This document shows, in pieces, positions 8,086 to 18,215 of a stretch of DNA of 64,000 nucleotides. The position numbers and the translations under genes were made by a program. The notes beneath the pieces are model-generated. The model searched no databases. It had not been told where the DNA came from and saw only the letters and a program-made list of their open reading frames with translations. Origin of the DNA: an uncultured Acidobacteriota bacterium (GTDB lineage: Bacteria; Acidobacteriota; Thermoanaerobaculia; Multivoradales; UBA5704); assembly GCA_963700145.1 (NCBI GenBank), contig OY969474.1, positions 5,248,001 to 5,312,000 on the forward strand, read 5' to 3'. Each line of letters begins with the position of its first letter. The first letter of the stretch is position 1.

Positions 8086-9936
8086 TCAGGGCGGGCAGAC
8101 CACGCCCGCCGGCCGGACGAAGCGCACCTCGGACACCTGGTCGCCGTCGAGGCCAAGGGACAGCTCCAGGGGGCCGCGGTCGCAGTCCAGCTTCACGACG
8201 GTCCGGGTGGTTCCGTCGCCCTCCAGCGGCTCATCGGCCCGGCAGGTCCCGTACTGCAGGCGCACATCCGCGAGGAGGGCGCCGAGGGCGGCCCTGTCCA
8301 GGCTCGGCGCCGGACGGAGGTCTTGGCTGCCGCGCACCACGGCCCCCAGCACCGCGTCCACCGCGCGGCTCATCCCCTCTGAGAGGGGCCGGCCGCCGGT
8401 GACGGACAGCGCCTGCACTTTGGGCGGCCGCGTGGGAGCGAGGGTGAGCGTGGCGTCGAGCCACCCCTTGTCACAGCTCATCCGGAAACGGCCGCGCAGA
8501 GCGTTCTCCGCCTTGACATCACCCATGCGGCACGCTCCCAGCCCGTCGCGGAGCTTCGCGATCTCCTCCTTGCGCTCCTGCAGGGACCGATCGAGGAAGA
8601 GGTTCTCGGCGGCCAGCGCCTGCGCCCGGGCGTCGTCCCAGACGTCGAGGAGGCGCGCGGTCTTCTCGATCGCCTGGAGCAGGGCCGGCGCCGGGACGGG
8701 GCGGCGGGGCTCGAGGGCGCCGGTGTCGGCGAGGATGGCCAGCATGTCGCGGGTGAGGAGCCCGGCAGGAGCGTAGGTCGCGTTCGCCATCGCGAACACG
8801 CCGACGCCGTGCTCGGGGAGCCAGCGCATGTCGGAGCCGAATCCGGGCAGGCCGCCGGAGTGGCTGACCGCTTTACGGAAGCGACAGTCTCCGGTGGAGA
8901 TCAGGCCGAACGCGTAGCTCGCGAAACGGACGGTCAGCGGCGCGCCAGGCGCGGTGCGGTTCACGAAGAGCGCGGGAAAGGCGGCGCCCTGCTGCATCTC
9001 CCGCAGGGTGCGGCGTAGGACCGGCGGCCTCTCCGGGTCGTCGCGCGGCGGCCAGGCGGAGAGCATCAGCGCCACCCAGCGGCCCAGGTCGCGGGCCGAG
9101 GTGAGCAAGCCGCCGATGGCGCCGAAGGCCCCGTCGCCGAGCGGTACCTCGGCCGCAAATTCCTTGTCCTGCCGCCGATAGCCGCCGGCAAGGCGCTCGC
9201 GGGGCACCTCCCGAGGATCCCAAAAGGTCGAGGTCATCCCCAGCGGTTTCAGGATCTCGCGATCGACGTAGTCCTGATACCGCATCCCGGAAGCGCGGGA
9301 CACGACGCGGCCCAGGATCGCGAAGCCGTAGTTCGAGTACTCGAAGGCGGTGCCGGGCGCCGTCGAGAACGGGAGCCCCCGGCGCAGCCAGGCGGAGAGC
9401 TCCTCCTCCGAAACGGCGAGCTGCCGGTCGCCCCAGGGGTTGTCCTCGGGAAAGCCGGCGGTGTGGCTCAAGAGCTGGCGGATGGTCACCGGCCCCGAGT
9501 CCTCCGTCGGCGGCGGGGGAGCGGCAAGCTCGGGGACGTGGCGGGCCACCGGGTCGTCGAGGGCGAGCTTGGCCTCGTCGCGCAGCTTGAGGACGGCGAG
9601 CGCGATGAAGCTCTTCGTCATCGAGGCGATGCGGAACACGGTGTCGGCATCGACGGGCGCCTTCGTCCCGATGTCGCGGTGTCCCAGGCCGCCGACCAGC
9701 ACGAGCTCGCCGTCGACGATCACTCCGTAGGCCAGGCCGGGGAGGCGCAGCTCCCGCATCTCCTCCGCCAGCTTCGCCTCGATCACCGGGAAGGCCCGGA
9801 CGAGCTTCTCGCGCCGTGCCGGGTCGGCGAAGCGGGCCGCGGGCACGTCCTCGCCCGCCCGGGTGCCAGCCGCGCTCACCAAGAAGAGGACGGCAAGAGC
9901 GCCGGCGCGCCGGCGGCAGGCACATTCATTTTTCAT
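8086..9936 (-). CDS. Serine hydrolase, beta-lactamase/AmpC-like family, with C-terminal extensions
   Basis: FRIASMTKSF (SxxK), LLSHTAG, FEYSNYGF, HSGGLPGF; signal peptide. Confidence 0.9.
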   Translation of the reverse strand: MKNECACRRRAGALAVLFLVSAAGTRAGEDVPAARFADPARREKLVRAFPVIEAKLAEEMRELRLPGLAYGVIVDGELVLVGGLGHRDIGTKAPVDADTVFRIASMTKSFIALAVLKLRDEAKLALDDPVARHVPELAAPPPPTEDSGPVTIRQLLSHTAGFPEDNPWGDRQLAVSEEELSAWLRRGLPFSTAPGTAFEYSNYGFAILGRVVSRASGMRYQDYVDREILKPLGMTSTFWDPREVPRERLAGGYRRQDKEFAAEVPLGDGAFGAIGGLLTSARDLGRWVALMLSAWPPRDDPERPPVLRRTLREMQQGAAFPALFVNRTAPGAPLTVRFASYAFGLISTGDCRFRKAVSHSGGLPGFGSDMRWLPEHGVGVFAMANATYAPAGLLTRDMLAILADTGALEPRRPVPAPALLQAIEKTARLLDVWDDARAQALAAENLFLDRSLQERKEEIAKLRDGLGACRMGDVKAENALRGRFRMSCDKGWLDATLTLAPTRPPKVQALSVTGGRPLSEGMSRAVDAVLGAVVRGSQDLRPAPSLDRAALGALLADVRLQYGTCRADEPLEGDGTTRTVVKLDCDRGPLELSLGLDGDQVSEVRFVRPAGVVCPP

Positions 9937-10021
9937 TTACGTGCGATCTGCCGCGGAGCGTAGCATGGCGAGTCGGAAGTCCGCGCGCCTCGAACGCCGT
10001 CGCTGAGCTGAGTGGCGCTCC

Positions 10022-10074
10022 CTACTTCCCCTCCCCAACTTCATCTTTAGCGCGAAGAACTTGAGGAGGTCTTT
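10022..10074 (-). repeat. Decayed copy 2 of the 3' end of the site-2 protease gene
   Basis: ctacttcccctcc..catcttt.agcgcgaagaacttgaggaggtcttt matches 16084-16138. Confidence 0.9.
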
Positions 10075-10345
10075 CTCGTCCGCGAGGCGATCCTCCTCTC
10101 ACGCGTCGCCGTGCTCTCTTCTGGGAAGCCCTCACCGTCGCCGTCGCCCGCAGCGGCGCGGACCCTCTACGCCGAAGAACTCAACGACGGCCAAGTCCTC
10201 CGCGGCGTGCGCATCACGAACCCCTTCACCGCTATCTCGGGCGCCTAAGAACTCTTCGTTCTCGACCCCCGACAACCTGCGCCCGCGAGATCGCCTCGGT
10301 GGCGCGGTCTGACGGTGCACCTCCGTAGACGGCCGAACGCTAACC
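10075..10345 (+). pseudogene. Decayed duplicate of vapC 3' half plus the DUF2442 fragment
   Basis: Colinear match to 1749-2029 including the junction tctcgggcgcctaagaactctt. Confidence 0.88.
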
Positions 10346-10529
10346 TGTCGACTACGATGCTACAAAATCTCTGGGCTAGCCATGGATCTGTTTGAGGCCG
10401 AGCAACATTACCACTGTACCACGGAATGGCTCGGACTACCGACACCCTGCACCTCAAGTAAAGGCAATAGGGGGCGCGTCGTCTCCTCCGCGCTTCATAC
10501 CATCGGTCACCTCGCCCGCCCCAGACTGC

Positions 10530-13277
10530 TCAGAGTATTACTCCGCGCGCCATGAAGACGCCTACCATGCCAGGCATGTACTCCTCGACTTCACCGATCT
10601 TCTTAAACCCAATGTCTTCGAAGTAGCCCCGCAAGCCTCCTTGAGTCACGATTTGCAACTGCCGAATTCCTTGGGTCTCGGACCAGTTTACGACCTCCGA
10701 TATAAGACGTCTACCGATACCCCTTCCGCGAAACGCTGGTAGAACTCCAAGGAACCAAATAAAAGCAGATCGTCCATCGACCTCGTGCTGAGCCTCGATA
10801 GGTGAAATGTCGCGGAAACCGAGCACGCGGTCACGACTCCATCGGATAAACTCAACATACCCTACGACCTCCCCTCCAATACGGGCGACGCGGACTCCTT
10901 CAGGAAAAACGGCCAAACGGCTCCTTAAGTCCTCCAATTTGGCCGCAACTCGGACACTAAGGAGCGATTCCATGCCTGCCATCCCTAAAAGATCCTCGTC
11001 TCTCGCCGGATCCACAACGACCATGTCACGTAGCCGCCTCCGCTCAGTTGCGGCTGGATCTACCGAAAACCTAAGCCCTAGGGCCTCGTCCTCCTCATCA
11101 ACCTCGCGTTCGACAGAATAGAGATATCGTCGCTCGAGAGGTTCCTCAGTCCGTCCTTCGCTCATCATCGCTAGAGCTCCGGCCCTCACTATAAAGGGGT
11201 CGAGTGCAAACGCCCGTCCTGGCAGCGCAACGGTGATTGTCACAAGCGCCCCGGCGGACAGTACGGGATTGAGGCGAAACAACTCGAAGCCGCGCAGTAA
11301 GTCGATACAATTTTGCCTTCGAAAGCTCAAGCGAAGTTTGACTTCCTCCCCTGTTGCTCGTCGTGAACCTAGGCTGAGCCGGCATAACCAGCAATTCTGA
11401 CCCATGTCCGCAAGGTCGGCCGGCAGCGCGGACTTTCGCACTTCATCGTAGCAGCGAAGCGCGAGCTCGCCGATACTAAGGGGTTGACCAGGAGCGCCGA
11501 CGTGAAAATAGAGGTGATCAATTCCGTCAGGTGCTACAACTACTCCATCTAATGCATAGAGTCCGTAATATGTGCCTTCAGAGTCGATTATACTTGTAAA
11601 CTTCCCGCGCGTGACAGAGACATTTTCTGTCCGCAGGCGGGTTAAGTGATCGCAACCCTCGAACAGCACAGCACTCATTGCTCCCGTGTCGAGGTCCCGA
11701 AATCTCTCGGCAATCGCCGAACCTATCGGTCCCAGCGAGCGGGGTTTGCGCGCCCTTGGCGCCTCGGCACTAAGTCGGCTCTCTGCTCTTTGTGCAATCG
11801 CAAAAAACCCAGCGAACCTATTCAAATAGAGCACGAGACCATAATCACTAGACCATGGCTTAACAAAGAATGTAGGGGCAACAGAGCGCCCAACTTCTCT
11901 CTCTAGATCCGTCCAATAAGCGTCCCATTGCTGCGGGCGTTCTCGGTTCAGTTCATATAGTTTTTCCAGTCGCTCCTTGAAAAGTTCTCTAACGAACACT
12001 CCCGGCAGAGTCGCACGCTCAAACGATTGTTCGTCGCGCAGGGAGCCGATCAAGTGAGCGCTCGAAAGGTCCGCTTCATTTGCAAATACAAAGAGCCCAC
12101 TTGCATTGAGCTGTTCTGTGGCGAGAAGGCTACGCCCCACAGCTCTTGCGAGCGCCACTGCGCGCGGCGTCGCGGACAGCATGCGGCGATACACACGCGC
12201 TAGCTCTTGGGTGTCGAAGAATACAAGCCCTAGCCCATGGAAAGCTGGCGCGCGTATCTTCTGGCCGTGAAAGGCGGCGAATTGCACAAGTTCTCCTGCC
12301 ACAGAGTCACGGCTGCCGTATATAAAGGTCAAGCCGGGAATAAGGACTTCGCCGTCGCGGGAGCTTCCGACCGGTGGGACGACTTCCAAAGCGTCGCGCA
12401 GCGTCTCCTGCAGAAGTCGTGAGTGCCGTCCAAGCATTCGCGACCATGCCCATGGAAACAGGGTTTTCGCCCAGCCCGAGCCGAGCAGAGGAGCGCCCAC
12501 AATCCCGACGTGATGGAGGCCATGGTTAACACTACTGAGATGCTGCTTGAGCAGTTCGGGCAGGATTTTGAGCGCGATAATTCCTCCAAGACTATGGCCA
12601 ATTAAGATCGTGGTGCCGGGGAAATCCGCAATAAGAGAGCCGATTTTGCTCGCGATGTCGCGCGCGATCTGGTCAAACTCGCCGCGCGACGTCAAAAGGC
12701 CATGGCCATAAGTTAGGCTGCGAATACAACTGACGTTGGGCTCGCGAAGCAATACGACCGGTAGAAAGCCCCAAGCGGCAGCACCGTTGCTGAACAGGCC
12801 GTGGAGTAGGATGACTTGCTGTTGCGGTTGCGGCAATCGCGCCGCTGCGTCTCGGGTTCTAATCGAAAGCAACTCGACGCCCGGTAGGGTAGCATCAGAG
12901 CCTTCTACAGAAATAATGTAGTCTTGTCTGAGTTCGCTGCGGTTTGGCCAGCTGATTCGGAACCGAAGCTTCGCTACGACAGCATAGGCGCAGGCTTGCC
13001 AAGCCAGCAAAAGCAGGAGCAAGAACAACAGGCGCACAGGCAGCAGTTGTACTTCTGAAGCTCCCCCTGCTCGAAGGAAGGCGATAGCGCAGGAATAAAA
13101 CCCCGCGAGCACGAGAACGGTAAGCGTCGCGAGCGCGCCACCGATCATGAGCTGCTGGATACCACGTAGGGTAGCGCGGCTCTGGAGGCGCTTCGCGAGA
13201 CGCGCAAGTGCTTCCGCCGTGATTGCTTCTTTCTCAACAGGTTGTCTGTGGGCATATGCCCAAGCGAGCGCCGCTAG
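10530..13277 (-). pseudogene. 3' part of an IS5-interrupted membrane protein: TM helices, alpha/beta hydrolase, C-terminal GNAT
   Basis: VILLHGLFS, LIGHSLGGII (GxSxG), LGVLPAFRGRGIGRRLI; frame is open up to the IS junction; an internal ATG at 13148 could restart it. Confidence 0.8.
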
Positions 13278-14547
13278 CAGGCTGCTGAAAAACCCCGGTT
13301 CGCGCTACCCTTGCAGGCCATGCGAGGGAAAGCGCGCGAGCAGAGGACGTTGTTGATGGTGGGGTCGTTGGAGGAGCGGATTCCGGCGGCGCATCCGATC
13401 CGGCGGATCAAGGGGCTGGCCGACCGGGCTCTCGGGCAGTTGAGTGAGGTGTTTGCGGTGATGTACGCCGAGACGGGGCGGCCGTCGGTGCCGCCGGAGC
13501 GGCTGCTCAAGGCGCAGCTGCTGATCGCGCTGTTTTCGGTGCGGAGCGACCGGCAGTTTTGCGAGCAGCTCGAGTACAACCTGCTGTTTCGCTGGTTTTT
13601 GGATCTGGAGCTCGACGAGCCGTCGTTTGACGCGAGCACGTTTTCACGCAACCGGGAGCGGCTGATCCGGCACGAGGTGGCCGAGCGGTTTTTGGCGGCG
13701 ATCGTGGCTGAGGCGAGCGTGCAGCGGCTGCTGTCGAGCGAGCACTTCTCGGTGGATGGGACGCTGATCGAGGCCTGGGCGTCGATGAAGAGCTTCCGGC
13801 CCAAGGACGGGCCGCCGGGCGGAGACGCCAACGGCTGGAGCGATTTCACGGGGACGAAGCGGAGCAACGAGACGCACGCCTCGACGACCGACCCGGAAGC
13901 GCGCCTGGCCCGCAAGGGGGATGGGCACGAGGCGAAGCTCTCGTTTTCCGGCCACGCTCTGATGGAGAACCGCAACGGATTGTTGGTGGACTTCGTGGTG
14001 GCCCAGGCCGATGGGTTCGCCGAGCGCCGCGAAGCTCTGGGTCTGCTCGCGCGGCTCGAAGGCTCGCGGCGCAAGACGGTGGGCGCCGATAAGAGCTACG
14101 ACACCAAGGGCTTCGTGGCTGCCTGCCGAGAGCTCGGCGTCACCCCCCACGTCACCCAGAATGCCCACCGGCGCAGGCGCTCGGCAATCGACCGGCGAAC
14201 AACGCGCCGTCCCGGCTACCGGATCAGTCAGGTCGTACGGCGGCGAATCGAGACGATCTTCGGCTGGCTCAAGACCTGCGCAGGGCTGCACCGGACCAGG
14301 GTCCGAGGCGTGGCGAGGACGCAGCTGGCCGCCCGCCTCGCCGCCGCAGCGTACAACCTGCTCCGATTAAGTCGCCTGCTTGTGCCGGCATAGCCCAAAA
14401 AGGTCCTGCCCAGCAAAACCAGCGGCGCTCAAACGCGCCCACAAGGCGCCTGTTGCCCTCCCCTTCCACCCGCGCACGCGACATCGCCCGCTCCCAGATC
14501 GCTGTCAGCCTCGCACCCGCCGTTGAAGGCCGTTTCTCAGCGGCCTG
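13278..14547 (+). mobile_element. Complete IS5-family insertion sequence, 1270 bp
   Basis: Terminal IRs CAGGCTGCTGAAAAAC and (reverse complement) CAGGCCGCTGAGAAAC; flanked by CTAG at 13274-13277 and 14548-14551. Confidence 0.93.
13320..14393 (+). CDS. IS5-family DDE transposase
   Basis: GRPSVPPERLLKA..YNLLFRWF, VDGTLIEAWAS, GADKSYD, RRRIETIFGWLK. Confidence 0.95.
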   Translation: MRGKAREQRTLLMVGSLEERIPAAHPIRRIKGLADRALGQLSEVFAVMYAETGRPSVPPERLLKAQLLIALFSVRSDRQFCEQLEYNLLFRWFLDLELDEPSFDASTFSRNRERLIRHEVAERFLAAIVAEASVQRLLSSEHFSVDGTLIEAWASMKSFRPKDGPPGGDANGWSDFTGTKRSNETHASTTDPEARLARKGDGHEAKLSFSGHALMENRNGLLVDFVVAQADGFAERREALGLLARLEGSRRKTVGADKSYDTKGFVAACRELGVTPHVTQNAHRRRRSAIDRRTTRRPGYRISQVVRRRIETIFGWLKTCAGLHRTRVRGVARTQLAARLAAAAYNLLRLSRLLVPA

Positions 14548-15265
14548 CTAGAGAGAGCCCATGAGCAGCTTTAAGCAAACCGAGGGGCAGCTCGTAGCCA
14601 TAGAGAGTAGACGTGCCGCTGGGTGCTAGGAATCCATAGGGCAATTGTACGATGGCATATCCTAACGATAGAGCGAAGAGCGAGCGCGACTGCAAGACAC
14701 TTCGATATGCGAAGGCCAGGCGTACAAACAGCAGGGAGGTCACCGCCAATTGGAAGGAATAGGCGATTGATAGCATGGCCCGTGAGTAAGCTAACGTGGG
14801 GATAAATGCGAGGGGAAGAAGAGCGGCAAGGAAGCCGTAGAGGATTCCTTTTTCAGTCGACCATTTCAAGAATCGCTGCCACGTCGAAGTTAGCGACTCG
14901 AGTGGCAATATGAGGCGATCTCTATTCTGCGGCAGTTCTGAAATCTCCAGCTCCAAGCTGGCGCGACGCAACCATATATTTGCAAAGCCGAGGATCAGAG
15001 TTACACCGAAGTGCCATACGAATGTGGTGGGTAGGTACCGAGTGAGACAAGTGGCAGAGGTCTGAGCGCCTGGGTCTGACAGAGGCGCGGCAATAGGCTG
15101 GACGACGTAGTAGACTGAGAGCGCAATCCAAACTCGCATGAACTCAATGAGGTGATTGCGAATCGCCCGATGCTCACCGACGAGACTTCGCTGCTCAGAA
15201 ACGTGCCACAATAGGAAGCTAATGGCCAAACTGAGACCTGCGAGAAGAAAGTATCCCGTCATCAA
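14548..15265 (-). pseudogene. 5' part (multi-TM) of the IS5-interrupted gene
   Basis: Removing the IS and one CTAG joins ..AAHGLSL to AALAWAYAHRQ.. in frame. Confidence 0.85.
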
Positions 15266-15720
15266 TAGCTCCCAGTGCAGTGGTGCGCGTCGCCGTGCGG
15301 CTCAGCTCAGATGAAGCTATGCTACCATGCATAGCTGCGATGCTAAAGTAGCTCGTCATCGCATGTATGGGCGGTGAGGTGGTGGCGCCTTTGGTTGGCC
15401 CGCGAAGGCTTGAGTCTTGAACGAGAGCGCTAGGAGATAAGGCGACCCTCCTCGGCGCGCTTCGCGTGGACCTCCGACCGCGGGATATTCTCGGGTTCGC
15501 CTACAGATCCGAAGGCTGGCCGCGAGGAGGTAGATGCTCCCGTACCTGGGAGGTCTCTTCACGACTCTGTGTCCCGATCGCGCTGAGCCGAAGAGGTTGG
15601 CGTAGTGAAGTTCAGCCCATCTTCGGCGCCTTTCCCCACGCCGTCAGTGCAGAGCGAAGAGCATCCCGTCCATGCAGCTTGCGCGACACGCCCCTCGATC
15701 TCCCTCGCCGGTGCATCGTC

Positions 15721-15809
15721 TCGCCTTGCTGATCTGGAGCCCGACTTCGACGATCAGAGCTCCTGGCCGCAGTCCACACGCGGCGCGCGCGGCTCGAGCG
15801 CCGCCGGTG
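15721..15809 (+). pseudogene. Decayed fragment of the addiction-module antitoxin
   Basis: RLADLEPDFDDQSSWP versus RLADLEANPDDQSPWP at 5461-5510. Confidence 0.7.
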
Positions 15810-16083
15810 GGCGGTCTTCGAGCCTGCGGAACTCGACCTGGAGGTATCAGCGCAAGTTTGGCTGAGTGGAGCTTTCCGTCGGCAGTCGATTAGGCTCTCA
15901 CGTGACGTCCGACGCGCGCACTGAAGAGATGCTTGGCCCAGGTTTCCGATCACCGATTTCCATACTTTGTCCGGTATCGGGGTGCTCAGAGACTCCGTGG
16001 TGGTGCTGGCCTGTGTCCACGGCAGGCGCGGATTCTCGTCGGGTCCGGGCCCGCTTGCGGCAGGCCAGTAGCGCGGTCCTCGG

Positions 16084-17226
16084 CTACTTCCCCTCCTCCA
16101 GCTCCATCTTCAGCGCGAAGAACTTGAGGAGGTCTTTTAGGGAGAGGATCCCGAGCAGCCTGTCGCCGTCCACAACGAGCAGGCGCGAAGCGCCGGTGCG
16201 GCTCATGCGGGAGAGGGCGCGGATGGCGTCGGTGCCGGCGGGGACGGTGTTCTCGGCGTCGCAGCGGTCGGCGATGGCGCCGACGGTCTGGCGCTGCCAC
16301 TCCTCGCGCGGCAGCTCCTTGATCCGCCGCGTCGTGATGCACCCGGTCAGCCGCCCCGCCTCGTCGACCACCGGGTAGAACTTGAAGTGGTGGCGGTAGA
16401 CGTAGTCGTCCACCAGCTCCTGCACCGAGATCTGGCGCGGCACCGTCACCGGGTCGGGGTGCATGAAGCGCTCGACCGGCTCGCCTTCGAGCGCCCGGCG
16501 CAGGAGGAGCTGCTGGTAGGACATGCGCGCCGCGTTGCGCAGGAACATGCCGATCAGGAACGACCAGACGCCGCCGAAGATCTCGCCCTGGAGGACCTGC
16601 CAGACGCCCCAGGCGATGAGTGCGAAGCCGAAGGCCGAGCCGATCGCCGAGGAGATCCGCGTCGCCTGCCGCAGGCTGCCCTTCCAAGCCCAGAGGGCCG
16701 AGCGCAGCACCCGGCCGCCGTCGAGCGGGAAGGCGGGGATCAGGTTGAAGGCGACCAGGACGCCGTTGATCAGGCCGAGGTAGCCGACGACAGCGACGAC
16801 GGGCGCCGGCCAGCCGGCGGCGCGGCCGAGGAGCGCCACGCCGCCGCCCGCGAGCGCCAGCGCCACCGACACCACCGGCCCCGCGATCGCCACCAGGAAC
16901 TCCACCTTCGGCGTGCGCGGCTCCTCCGCCATCTCGGCGACGCCGCCGAAGAGGAAGAGGGTGATGCCGCGCATCCGCACGCCGAGCCGCTGCGCGGTCA
17001 CCGCGTGCCCGAGCTCGTGGAGGAGGACCGAGGCGAAGAGGCCGAGCGCTCCCGCTGCCCCCATCGTCCAGGCGAGCACCGGCGACAGGCCGGGGACGAG
17101 CGTCGGGAAGGCGCGGGTCGCCAGCGACCAGGTGACGAGCAGAAAGACGACGAACCAGGAGAGGTCGAGCCGGATCGGGATGCCGAAGGCCCGGAAGAGC
17201 TCCAGCCGGCGGGTGAAGAGGCTCAC
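16084..17226 (-). CDS. Site-2 protease (M50) with tandem CBS domains
   Basis: LLHELGH, FNLIPAFPLDGGR; C-terminal CBS pair. Confidence 0.95.
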   Translation of the reverse strand: MSLFTRRLELFRAFGIPIRLDLSWFVVFLLVTWSLATRAFPTLVPGLSPVLAWTMGAAGALGLFASVLLHELGHAVTAQRLGVRMRGITLFLFGGVAEMAEEPRTPKVEFLVAIAGPVVSVALALAGGGVALLGRAAGWPAPVVAVVGYLGLINGVLVAFNLIPAFPLDGGRVLRSALWAWKGSLRQATRISSAIGSAFGFALIAWGVWQVLQGEIFGGVWSFLIGMFLRNAARMSYQQLLLRRALEGEPVERFMHPDPVTVPRQISVQELVDDYVYRHHFKFYPVVDEAGRLTGCITTRRIKELPREEWQRQTVGAIADRCDAENTVPAGTDAIRALSRMSRTGASRLLVVDGDRLLGILSLKDLLKFFALKMELEEGK

Positions 17227-18215
17227 GCCTCTGCCGCCTGCGAGAAGCGTTCCCGCACCCGCAGCCGCCAGACCTCGAAGGCCGGCAGCGCGCCGTCGGG
17301 CGGCAGGTCGCGCCCGGCGGCGGCGACCTCGGCGGCGGCCTCGGCGGCGGTGGCGCGGCAGAAGACGCGGCAGGCGAGGTCGGTCTGCGGCGCCTCCTCG
17401 CCGGAGCGGCGGCGCGACTCGGCGGCGAAGGCGGCGCCCTGGGCGAGGTACGGCGCCTGCTCGCCAGCGAGGCGCGCCAGCTCGCGCAACGCCGCCTCCT
17501 CGCGCCGGCCGGCGTAGGCGCAGGCCAATCCCACGCCGCTCCAGAGGTCCTCGCGGCGCGCCGGCTCGAAGGTGGCGATGCGGCGGGCGATGCGCTCCGG
17601 CTCGGTCGCCTCGACGAACCAGAGGCTCCGCCCCACCCCCTGGTCGAAGGCGCGGCGGGCGTAGCCGGCCAGCCGCCGCGGCACGGCGCGCCCCTCGACG
17701 GTGCGCCGGCTGGCGAAGAGCCCTTCGTGGAAGCCCCAGCCGTCGTAGCCGAGCCAGCGCAGGACGGGGTCGAGGCGGGCGACGATGCGGCCGCCGAGGT
17801 GGGGCAGCCGGGCGATCGCCCAGCCGGCGCCGATGTGGACGATGTAGGCGTGGTCGGCGCCGGGGCCGCGGAGGAAGCGCCCCAGGCGGTCGGCGCGCCA
17901 GGGGGTGATGGCGTCGAGGGCGGCGAGGCCGGTGCCGGCGCCCTCGTAGGCGAAGCTGCGCAGCTCGGGCGGCGCGCGCTCGAGGCGGGCGCGGAGCGCC
18001 GCGCCGTCCTCCTCGATCGCCGCCAGGTACCCCTCGAAGTAGGTCTCGGCGAGGTGCTCGATCCGCTCGCGCAGCGCCGGAGTGGCGTAGCGGAAGGTGT
18101 GCAGGGCGGCTGCGGCCTCCTCGACGGCGAGGCGGAGGAGCCGCCGCATCGCCCAGCCGCGGAGGCCGCCGGCGCGGCTGGTCGCGAGGTGGGGCGCCGG
18201 GAGGACGACGCTCAC
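17223..18215 (-). CDS. DUF1702 family protein
   Basis: FAYEGAG, HIGAGWA, DGWGFH, FDQGVGRSLWF, DLWSGVGLACAYAG, AQGAAFAA; GTG start overlaps upstream stop (alternative ATG 18149). Confidence 0.85.
   Translation of the reverse strand: MSVVLPAPHLATSRAGGLRGWAMRRLLRLAVEEAAAALHTFRYATPALRERIEHLAETYFEGYLAAIEEDGAALRARLERAPPELRSFAYEGAGTGLAALDAITPWRADRLGRFLRGPGADHAYIVHIGAGWAIARLPHLGGRIVARLDPVLRWLGYDGWGFHEGLFASRRTVEGRAVPRRLAGYARRAFDQGVGRSLWFVEATEPERIARRIATFEPARREDLWSGVGLACAYAGRREEAALRELARLAGEQAPYLAQGAAFAAESRRRSGEEAPQTDLACRVFCRATAAEAAAEVAAAGRDLPPDGALPAFEVWRLRVRERFSQAAEA

Noticed and set aside
8086-9936. Antibiotic-resistance beta-lactamase
   Set aside because: The motifs fit the broad serine hydrolase family; substrate cannot be inferred
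15313-15340. Inverted repeat AGCTATGC..GCATAGCT upstream of the split gene
   Set aside because: It could be an operator, but a single 8-bp palindrome is not enough evidence
15400-16080. Short ORFs in the spacer before the S2P gene
   Set aside because: No motifs; the region appears to be decayed sequence apart from the antitoxin fragment
17223-18215. Enediyne biosynthetic cluster
   Set aside because: No PKS, thioesterase or other cassette genes in the window
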